From contig JBAZRF010000005.1 in assembly GCA_041663165.1 (NCBI GenBank), positions 502-64,501 on the forward strand: 64,000 nucleotides of DNA, written 5' to 3'. This document shows, one piece after another, positions 34,397-41,708 of the stretch. The DNA is from Minisyncoccota bacterium. GTDB taxonomy: Bacteria; Patescibacteriota; Minisyncoccia; Phycocordibacterales; XYD1-FULL-46-19. Below the pieces are notes generated by a model that did not search any database, was not told where the DNA came from, and worked only from the letters and a program-made list of their open reading frames with translations. The first letter of the stretch is position 1. Every line of letters starts with the position of its first letter. The translations under genes and the position numbers were made by a program.

Positions 34397-35023
34397 CCAT
34401 GAGACCCGCCCACGACAACGAGCCTAAATCGCTCGCGCGAGGCGGGCCTGTTGTTTTTAATAAAAAATTTGAAATGGCAAACCAGCGGCGCGCTTGCGCG
34501 CCGCTGGTGGATACGGTCATCTCAACCAGATACAGTCTTTCTCCCCGATTCGATACAAACGTACCGTTCGCCAAGCCCAAACCCTCCCGAGAGATTCTGT
34601 CCAGAGCACGAGAATACCCCATGCTCTTTTGATGGCGGTCTTGCGACAACCGGCCCATATGTACCTAGTCTTTTGGCGGATGAAAAGACCAGGTTTGCCG
34701 GGGTCTCGCGAATAACAGCCTGCCGAGCAAACGACCCGATATCTTTTCATCCTAAAACTCCCTTGTTGTTGGTCTAGCTCAATACTAATTATATTCTAAA
34801 TAATTGTCCAATTCCTCATCCTGTTTAAAACTGCAAGGTTGAACCTTGCGGTAGCAGTCAAGCGAGGCCCGTTCAGTTAAACAACCTCGCGTAGCCACGG
34901 CCAGCATGGTTTTCGCCATCATTTATTGTTCGCAGAACTATGGCGAAATGGCCGTCGCGGAGCGTAAGAAAACCATTCGCGGGAATGATTTTCTGTGTTG
35001 TTTAACTGAACGTGGCCGAGCGC

Positions 35024-36334
35024 CTATTTAATTTTTTTCAAGTACTCGGCCAGTTTGGCGACCTTGATCGTGTCTTGAGAGCGATTGTCCATATTGCGGA
35101 CAATCACGGTGCCATCAAGGGCTTCTTTTTGGCCTAGAATAATCGTAAAGGGGACTCCCAGTTTTTCCGCGAGACCGAGTTGGGTCGAGAGTGAGTCCTT
35201 AGAAAGCGAGTGCTGAACGGGGATTTTGGCCTGGCGCAGAGCCTCGATAACTTCAAAACTCTTCAATTTTGCATCAAAGGAAAGTTGAATGAAAAAGACC
35301 TTGGGCTTCTTTAAGAGACGGGGCGACAGCTTGGCGTAGGTGGCAAGCTCGGTAATGCGATCAACGCCAAGCGACACACCCACGGCCGGGACTTCTTTTT
35401 TAATATTCAAACTCTTGGCCAAGCCGTCATAACGACCGCCACCGCCCAGAGCGAGGGAGTCAACCGTGCCATTCTCGTCCGTTTTTTCGATAAAGACTTC
35501 GAAGACGGTACGGGTGTAGTAGTCAAGACCGCGCACCAAAGTGTTGTCAATTTCATAATTAATACCAAGTTCATCGAGATATTCGAGTACTTCTTTAAAG
35601 TGAGTTTTGCACGAGGCGCAAAGATAGCTAATTGAATCCGGCGCCCCTTTTTTGATTTCTTGGCAATTAGGATTTTTACAATCGAGGAGGCGGATTGGAT
35701 TGGTCTTTAACCGTTCACGGCAATCAGCGCAAATACCCTTGATATTCTTTTTATAATAATTAACTAGCTCACGGCGAAAAGTCCCGCGACATTCGCTGTC
35801 GCCCAGGCTGTTGATTTTAAATTTGAGATTCGTGATACCGGCTTCTTCTAAAATAATTCTCGTCAGATTGATGATCGTGGCATCGGCTATACTTTTCTTG
35901 GTGCCCAAAATTTCTAAACCAAATTGATAGAATTGACGATAACGTCCCTTTTGTGGATTCTCATGGCGAAAGAAGGGGCCATGATAATAAAACATTAATG
36001 GTTGAGGCACGGAGAACATACCATGTTCAACATAGGCGCGCATCACTCCGGCGGTATTCTCTGGACGCAAGACTAGGCGATCTCCGCCCTTAGTCCTAAG
36101 ATTGAACATCTCCTTGCTGACAATATCGGTCTCTTCCCCCACTCCTCGCGAAAAAAGTTCCTCTTTTTCCAAAATGGGTGTTTCGATCGGTTTAAAACCA
36201 TAATAAATGGCAATTTCGGCGGCTTTTTCGAAGAACCCTTGAAAAAGATAAACCTCGTCACCAATCAAGTCACGCATACCCTTGGGTGACTGCAATTCCT
36301 CGCTTTTACTTGCTTTAGGCATAATTTGTCTCAA
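35024..36334 (-). CDS. hisS: Histidine--tRNA ligase.
   Basis: The class II aaRS motifs 'LRPENTAGVMRAY', 'YYHGPFFRHENPQKGRYRQFYQFGLE' and 'GGGGRYDGL', and the C-terminal anticodon-binding domain, are present. Confidence 0.85.
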   Translation of the reverse strand: MRQIMPKASKSEELQSPKGMRDLIGDEVYLFQGFFEKAAEIAIYYGFKPIETPILEKEELFSRGVGEETDIVSKEMFNLRTKGGDRLVLRPENTAGVMRAYVEHGMFSVPQPLMFYYHGPFFRHENPQKGRYRQFYQFGLEILGTKKSIADATIINLTRIILEEAGITNLKFKINSLGDSECRGTFRRELVNYYKKNIKGICADCRERLKTNPIRLLDCKNPNCQEIKKGAPDSISYLCASCKTHFKEVLEYLDELGINYEIDNTLVRGLDYYTRTVFEVFIEKTDENGTVDSLALGGGGRYDGLAKSLNIKKEVPAVGVSLGVDRITELATYAKLSPRLLKKPKVFFIQLSFDAKLKSFEVIEALRQAKIPVQHSLSKDSLSTQLGLAEKLGVPFTIILGQKEALDGTVIVRNMDNRSQDTIKVAKLAEYLKKIK

Positions 36335-36365
36335 ACTAACACAGTTTTTTAATCAAAGCAAATTT

Positions 36366-36923
36366 CTATTTTGTCGCGTAAGTTACCAAGCCGGGCAAAT
36401 AGGAGATTTTTTTTGGCGGGAAGAGGCGCAAAAGCGCCCGGCCCTTGATTAGGTTGCGAGGCAGCGCGCCCCAAAAACGTGAATCCCAGCTAACGGCTCG
36501 ATTATCTCCCATGGCAAAATATTCGTTTGGTCCTAATTTGCGATAGGCGCTAATATTACTCTCGCTGCCCAAATATTTTTCTTGTAGAGCTAGCTGTTCG
36601 CCATCCTTGGTAATTATTGTTGTTTGACCGTTGCGAACACTAACCGTTTCGTTTGGTAAGCCAATAACACGCTTGATAAAATATTGAGATTTGTTGACAG
36701 GATTTTTAAAAACAATTACCTCGCCCCGTTCCGGATCTCGGAGCAAATAAGAAGCCTCGTCAATAATTAAATAATCATTCTCTTTAAAAGTATTATCCAT
36801 TGATGAACCGTGAACAATAAACGGTTGAGCGATGTACATACGAAAAGGAATAATAATCACGACCAAAATAGCCGCAAATTTTATCGCTTCCCACCAACCG
36901 TCAGACTTTTTAGGGTTTTCCAC
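36366..36923 (-). CDS. lepB: Signal peptidase I.
   Basis: 'VHGSSMDNTF' (catalytic Ser box), 'YFIKRVIGLPNE' (Lys box) and 'GDNRAVSWDSRFWG' are present. Confidence 0.8.
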   Translation of the reverse strand: MENPKKSDGWWEAIKFAAILVVIIIPFRMYIAQPFIVHGSSMDNTFKENDYLIIDEASYLLRDPERGEVIVFKNPVNKSQYFIKRVIGLPNETVSVRNGQTTIITKDGEQLALQEKYLGSESNISAYRKLGPNEYFAMGDNRAVSWDSRFWGALPRNLIKGRALLRLFPPKKISYLPGLVTYATK

Positions 36924-36950
36924 CAGTCAATATTATTATATAATGGCGAA

Positions 36951-37568
36951 ATGAGCAAGAAAACAAATTATATTTTTGTTGGGCTGGGTAATCCCGGGGA
37001 AGAATATGTCCAAAGCCGGCATAGTTTTGGCCGGATGATTTTGCTGTCGCTCGCGCAAAAGCCGGTTGAAGGAATGACGATCGGCGATTGGCGTTTTGAT
37101 AAAAAAATGAAAGCGCAATTAGCGGGCGGGCGGGGAGCCAAAAATAAGTTTCAATTATTATTGCCCGAAAACATGATGAATAATTCAGGTGGTTGCATTA
37201 AGCCCCTCATTAAAAGTAAAAAAGAGGCGGGGGACGTCGTCGTCATTCATGATGACATTGATTTACCACTCGGCACCGTTAAACTCTCGTATCATCGAGG
37301 GTCGGGCGGCCATCGTGGGGTTGAGTCAATCATTAAGGCTTTAAAAACAAATGAGTTTGTTCGGTTACGTTTGGGCGTGGCGCCAACTATGCCGTCGGGT
37401 AAAATTAAGAAACCGGGGAGCGACAAAATTATCAATTTTATTATCGGCAATTTTAAGCCGAGCGAAGAAGGGGAAGTAAAAAAAGTAATTAAAAAAGCAA
37501 AAAAGATTGTTGAATCATTGGTTGAAGTTGGTCTGGATAAGACCATGAATCTCTATAACAAGACCTAG
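36951..37568 (+). CDS. pth: Peptidyl-tRNA hydrolase; start trimmed to 'MSKKTNYIFVGLGNPG'.
   Basis: 'FVGLGNPGEEYVQSRHSFG' and 'VVIHDDIDLPLGTVKL' are Pth family signatures. Confidence 0.8.
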   Translation: MSKKTNYIFVGLGNPGEEYVQSRHSFGRMILLSLAQKPVEGMTIGDWRFDKKMKAQLAGGRGAKNKFQLLLPENMMNNSGGCIKPLIKSKKEAGDVVVIHDDIDLPLGTVKLSYHRGSGGHRGVESIIKALKTNEFVRLRLGVAPTMPSGKIKKPGSDKIINFIIGNFKPSEEGEVKKVIKKAKKIVESLVEVGLDKTMNLYNKT

Positions 37569-37768
37569 CTGGTTATTATAATAATTATAAAAAAGAAAGG
37601 CCAGGTCGTCGAACATCAACGCCTAGCCCATTCTGCCGTCGAAACGGCTGCCCATAAGGATCAGGGTGCGCACCCTGCCGTGCGTCACTACAGCCCGAAG
37701 CGACGCCGGCCGTCCCGCTTAATAGGATAACAGATTGCTAAAATCTGTCAATAGCCCAGACCTTATTA

Positions 37769-38977
37769 TTAGGCCTTTTTCTCTTCTGTCTTAACTCGTT
37801 CTGGCACTGAGCCAAAAAAGAGGGTCATTCGTTGATCTTTAGGTTCGAAGATATTTATCGTAAAGGTGTAAGTCTTTCCCAGCTCAAGAGTCTGGCGTAA
37901 ATCCTCATCACTCTTGAATTCGGAGATATGAACTAGACCAGCCACTCCCTCCTCGAGCGAAACCAAGGCCCCATGCTTATTGTGCTTGATAACGGCGCCA
38001 GTAACGATTTGTCCTCGATGGTATTTTTTCTCGGCATCTTTCCAGGGGTTGTCTTTGAGTGCTTTAATAGAGAGGGAAATCTTGTCGTCTTTTACCTCAA
38101 TAATCTTAGCTTTGACCTTATCACCGATATGATATAGATCGCGCGGATTTTCCACTAAGGACCAGTCGATTTCGGAGATATGCACTAGGCCTTCAAGGTT
38201 TTCTTCGATCTTAATAAAGATGCCAAAATCAACGGCGCCGGTCACTTCTCCCTCAACGATGTCGCCCAAGGCATATTTACTAATAATCTCTTTTTTAATC
38301 TTATTGTCTTGGTTTTTTTCGGAGAAGATCAATTTCCCCTCCTTTGAATCAGTACCAATAATTGAAACGGTTAAGGTTTTGCCCACCAATTTCTTCAATT
38401 CCTCCACAATCGCTTCTTTGTCTCCACCCTCAACACGAGGATAATGTTCGGCCTTGAGTTGTGAGGCGGGGAGGAAGCCGTCCATCCCGTTCCAATCCAA
38501 AATTAAACCACCCTTATTGGCCTCTTTAACCAAAAGTTCAAACTGTGATTTATTTTTTGAAGCCTTCTCGGCATCATTCCAGATTAAGGCCTGCTTGGCT
38601 TCTTTGAGGGAGAGTTCAAAATAACCCTCTTCGCCCTCAGTTTCGATCACCTTGGCCGTTACAAAGTCGCCGACCGCGATCTTCTTAATAATGTCTTTAG
38701 CATTTAAATATTCTCGGCCAAAAATGATACCCGTGCCAAACGGCGGGACATCAATGTAAATAGTCTTACTCCCCTTGCCAATCACCATACCTTCGACAAT
38801 GGCGCCAGCCTCGGGCTTTTGCGCAGATTGCTTGATATATTCGTCCATCAAGCGTTTGGGGCCTTCTAACTCAACACGCTCTTCATCCTGACCGGATAGG
38901 TCTTTATCGGACAAGCGCTCGTCATCGACGATCTCGGTCTCGGCCACTAAATTAGGATCACTTATAATGTTTTTCAT
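37769..38977 (-). CDS. rpsA: Ribosomal protein S1-like (four S1 domains); start trimmed to 'MKNIISDP'.
   Basis: S1/OB folds repeat ('GAIVEGMVIG...', 'GDFVTAKVIE...', 'GDIVEGEVTGAVDFGIFIKI', 'GQIVTGAVIKHNKHGALVSLEEG'). Confidence 0.7.
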   Translation of the reverse strand: MKNIISDPNLVAETEIVDDERLSDKDLSGQDEERVELEGPKRLMDEYIKQSAQKPEAGAIVEGMVIGKGSKTIYIDVPPFGTGIIFGREYLNAKDIIKKIAVGDFVTAKVIETEGEEGYFELSLKEAKQALIWNDAEKASKNKSQFELLVKEANKGGLILDWNGMDGFLPASQLKAEHYPRVEGGDKEAIVEELKKLVGKTLTVSIIGTDSKEGKLIFSEKNQDNKIKKEIISKYALGDIVEGEVTGAVDFGIFIKIEENLEGLVHISEIDWSLVENPRDLYHIGDKVKAKIIEVKDDKISLSIKALKDNPWKDAEKKYHRGQIVTGAVIKHNKHGALVSLEEGVAGLVHISEFKSDEDLRQTLELGKTYTFTINIFEPKDQRMTLFFGSVPERVKTEEKKA

Positions 38978-39255
38978 AATGTCTCCTACTATACAAAATA
39001 AAGCCCAAATTGGCAAATTTAACAAAAAACAAAGGCGGGGTCCGGAGACTTGCCGCCTTGCGTTGCTGGTTCGTGGCCTCCCTCAAGGAGAGGACCGACT
39101 AAATTGTCCGGGATGACCCTCGGGATAAACTCGCTTTCCCTAACGGTTTTGACGAGTTACCTCGTCCCTGAACCCGAACGCTTCCTTCCCGCAGTAACCA
39201 GCCCCAACCTCAGGGAATTAGCCGTATTGTATCTTTAACTAAAAATTTTGCAATC

Positions 39256-39280
39256 CACTTAGAGGCCTCGCCTCTAAGTG
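39256..39280. repeat. REP-like palindrome (cacttagaggc-ctc-gcctctaagtg) upstream of the RAYT gene.
   Basis: An 11-bp perfect stem with a 3-nt loop. Confidence 0.7.
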
Positions 39281-39304
39281 CCAAATTTGTTAATATGCTA
39301 AGCA

Positions 39305-39961
39305 ATGTCTCAAAGAAAAGTCGCTTTTGCTATCGGAGAATATTACCACGTTTTCAATCGCGGGATTGAAGGTCGGAGTATTTTTGCCAATGATGAAGAC
39401 CTCAATCATTTTATTCAAAGTGTCGAAAAATTTAACGACAACAATGTTGTAGGAGGTTTATACATGAGCTCGTTCGATAAATACAAGAAAAAAGGGAAGA
39501 GATTAGTAAATATCATTTGTTATGCTTTCAACCCAAACCATTATCATTTTTTAATGACTCCCTTGGTCGAGAAAGGTATAGAAAATTTTATGCAACGGCT
39601 CGGTACCGGTCATACAATGTTTTTTAATCACCAGCACAAGAGGAAGGGGAGATTGTTTCAAGGTGTTTTTAAATCAGCCCATATTGATTCGAATGAGTAT
39701 TTAATGCATTTGAGTGTTTACATTAATTTAAACGACAAAGTTCACCAACTTAGAGGCGAGGCCTCTAAGTTGGCAAAAACTAGCTGGAATAGCTATGCCT
39801 CGAAAAAGAGAGACATTTTGCTTAGGGATATAAGCATAATTACCAATCAATTCAAAAATCCCAAAGAGTATAAAAAATTCGCCGAAGAAATTTTGCCAGA
39901 TATTATTGAAAGAAAACAATTACTGAAAGAGCTTGAAGCTATCATTATCGAGGAAGAATAG
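39305..39961 (+). CDS. REP-associated tyrosine transposase (RAYT; IS200-like Y1/HuH transposase family), carrying an internal in-frame REP copy.
   Basis: The N-terminal 'YYHVFNRGIEGRSIFANDEDLNHFIQ' matches RAYT 'YHVxxRGNxRQxIFxDDxDRxxFL'. The HuH motif is in 'ICYAFNPNHYHFLM'. 'GRLFQGVFKSAHIDSNEYLMHLSVYINLN' parallels 'GHLWQGRYKSxLVxxExYLLxLSRYIxLNP' and contains the catalytic Tyr. 'SWNSYAS' parallels RAYT 'WSSY'. Confidence 0.65.
   Translation: MSQRKVAFAIGEYYHVFNRGIEGRSIFANDEDLNHFIQSVEKFNDNNVVGGLYMSSFDKYKKKGKRLVNIICYAFNPNHYHFLMTPLVEKGIENFMQRLGTGHTMFFNHQHKRKGRLFQGVFKSAHIDSNEYLMHLSVYINLNDKVHQLRGEASKLAKTSWNSYASKKRDILLRDISIITNQFKNPKEYKKFAEEILPDIIERKQLLKELEAIIIEEE
39745..39773. repeat. REP-like palindrome (ccaacttagaggc-gag-gcctctaagttgg) inside the RAYT ORF; it encodes 'HQLRGEASKLA'.
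   Basis: A 13-bp perfect stem whose core is identical to the other copies. Confidence 0.7.
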
Positions 39962-39989
39962 CCACTTAGAGGCGAGGCCTCTAAGTGGC
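39961..39989. repeat. REP-like palindrome (gccacttagaggc-gag-gcctctaagtggc) immediately after the RAYT stop codon.
   Basis: A 13-bp perfect stem. Confidence 0.7.
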
Positions 39990-40030
39990 TTGCTGATGAC
40001 TTACTGATTTTAACTTGCTATAATTTTTTT

Positions 40031-40684
40031 GTGGATAAAATAATCGGTTCATTCGTCGAAGAACTTAAAAAAAGACCAGACGTTATTGGTATTATTCTTT
40101 TTGGCTCTTGGGCCAGGGGAAACAATCGGCCGGATAGTGACATCGATCTAATGGTTATTACCATTGAGGAGTTTAGGAGGACCGTTGAATATAAAGATAA
40201 TCGAGCTTTTGAAATTACTTATACGACAGAAAAATCAGCGATGGACTATTGGGAGAGTCACAAAAATGATTGTGCTGGATTGTGGGAAGTGGCAAAAATT
40301 CTCTACGATAAGGACGGAACGATAAAAAAGCTCGAAGAGTTTGCTCAAGGGATTATAAAAAAAGGGAAAAACCCGTTGGATGAAATAAAGATAGGTCATC
40401 TTAAATTTGACGCCAAGGACAGTTTAGAGGCGGTTAAGGCTCTTGCTAAAACCGAACCAGTCCTAGCTAATTTTTTATTAACGAACAAAATCTTTTGGCT
40501 GACTGAATTATTTTTTGATATCCGCCAATTGTGGGTACCGGCTCCTAAACAGAGGTTCGACAAAATAAAAGAAATTGACAAAGAGTTTTTCGATCTTCTA
40601 ACTCAGTTTTATCAAGACGGCATTGCTCTTACTGAGAAAATAAAAATTGCTGAAAAGACCATACCGATAGTTTTTAAAAGTTAG
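40031..40684 (+). CDS. Nucleotidyltransferase-domain protein (minimal Pol-beta-type NTase fused to a C-terminal helical domain; KNTase/Lnu-like architecture).
   Basis: 'GIILFGSWARGNNRPDSDIDLMVI' carries the GS...DxD NTase motif. The protein is 217 aa. Confidence 0.5.
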   Translation: MDKIIGSFVEELKKRPDVIGIILFGSWARGNNRPDSDIDLMVITIEEFRRTVEYKDNRAFEITYTTEKSAMDYWESHKNDCAGLWEVAKILYDKDGTIKKLEEFAQGIIKKGKNPLDEIKIGHLKFDAKDSLEAVKALAKTEPVLANFLLTNKIFWLTELFFDIRQLWVPAPKQRFDKIKEIDKEFFDLLTQFYQDGIALTEKIKIAEKTIPIVFKS

Positions 40685-40736
40685 ATTTCCCCTTTGTTTT
40701 TGGGCGCCTTTTGTGCTACAATAGAAGGGTAATTCT

Positions 40737-41363
40737 ATGATTATCACCTATCATCGAGAGGGTTTTGTTAAGGTCCAGCAAGGCGACTTGGTGGTCGCTT
40801 TTAACCCGATTAGTCGAGAAATTGACGCTAAAGCGACGCGTTTTGGGGCGGATTTATGTTTAATTGCTCTAAACAGTCCGTCGTTTAATGGTTGCGAGAC
40901 AGTCACTTTTGGCAATAAAGAACCGTTCATTATTGATGGTCCGGGCGAGTATGAGATCGATGGTATTTTTGTTTACGGTTTAACGAGCGGTGGCGCCGAC
41001 GGTCAAGTTAACACGATTTTTACCACCGAGATTGAGGGGATTCGCTTGTGCCATTTGGGCGCTCTGTCTAATCCGGCGCTTGACCCCAAAACGATCGAAG
41101 ATATTGGCGGCGTTGATATTTTATTTGTGCCGATCGGTGGCGGTCCGGTCTTGTCGCCCAAAGATGCGGCTAAGTTGGCGGCTTCGCTTGAACCCAAAAT
41201 GATTATCCCGGTAATGTTTGAAAATGGCGAAGGGGAGACGGCGCTCAAAACTTTCTCTAAAGAAATTGGCGGTAATGCTGAAAATCGTGTCGATAAGCTA
41301 ACGGTCAAGAAAAAAGATGTCGAGGGCAAAGAGGACGAGGTAATTATTATTCAAGCCAGTTAG
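40737..41363 (+). CDS. MBL-fold metal-dependent hydrolase-like protein (COG2220-like).
   Basis: A beta-lactamase-fold pattern is suggested by 'DLCLIALNSPSFNG...', 'IRLCHLGALS' and 'VDILFVPIGGGPVLSPKDAAKL'. The assignment is tentative. Confidence 0.4.
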   Translation: MIITYHREGFVKVQQGDLVVAFNPISREIDAKATRFGADLCLIALNSPSFNGCETVTFGNKEPFIIDGPGEYEIDGIFVYGLTSGGADGQVNTIFTTEIEGIRLCHLGALSNPALDPKTIEDIGGVDILFVPIGGGPVLSPKDAAKLAASLEPKMIIPVMFENGEGETALKTFSKEIGGNAENRVDKLTVKKKDVEGKEDEVIIIQAS

Positions 41364-41372
41364 GATTGTAGT

Positions 41373-41702
41373 ATGTCAATTACCAAATATATAGAAAAAG
41401 TTAAAGCCAGACCAGAGGAGGAAAAACGGCGAACGGTTTTTGTTTGGACCACAGGGTTGGTTTTCTTGATTTTTATGGTTTGGGCGATTACTTTTAGTTT
41501 ATCAGTGGTTAATGATCAAGCCGATTCTGCCAGTCTTAGGGCTGAAGCCGAAGCGAGCGCTAAAACCCAATTAGCTATGGGTACAACAACTCCCGAGCAG
41601 AAAGGTGTTTCGTGGAGCGCTGATCTGGTCCGGTTTATCACCAGTGGTGCCAGCTCAATTAACGAAGGTTTTTGGACGGTTGGTAGTTGGTTGCACAAAT
41701 AA
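41373..41702 (+). CDS. Small hypothetical membrane protein.
   Basis: A 109-aa ORF with the TM segment 'VFVWTTGLVFLIFMVWAITF', immediately upstream of gyrA. Confidence 0.3.
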   Translation: MSITKYIEKVKARPEEEKRRTVFVWTTGLVFLIFMVWAITFSLSVVNDQADSASLRAEAEASAKTQLAMGTTTPEQKGVSWSADLVRFITSGASSINEGFWTVGSWLHK

Positions 41703-41708
41703 AAAATT

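Noticed and set aside
34472-34500. The 13-bp perfect hairpin ACCAGCGGCGCGC-TTG-GCGCGCCGCTGGT as a rho-independent terminator of the upstream plus-strand ORF.
   Set aside because: No T-run follows it on the plus strand. On the minus strand the downstream run is interrupted ('TTTGCCATTTCAAATTTTTT'), and the nearest minus-strand gene (hisS) ends 550 nt away. It is reported only as part of the structured block.
34033-34777. A cluster of mutually overlapping 73-133-aa ORFs on both strands (34033..34356-, 34035..34280+, 34386..34658-, 34393..34632+, 34451..34777+, 34494..34715+, 34517..34750-).
   Set aside because: Many-fold overlapping frames in a high-GC segment are typical of non-coding or foreign DNA with few stop codons. 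None of them shows a recognisable fold motif.
39050-39238. A 62-aa ORF (+) between rpsA and the RAYT gene.
   Set aside because: It sits wholly inside a GC-rich structured non-coding block. It has no ribosome-binding-site context and an implausible Pro/Ser/Leu composition.
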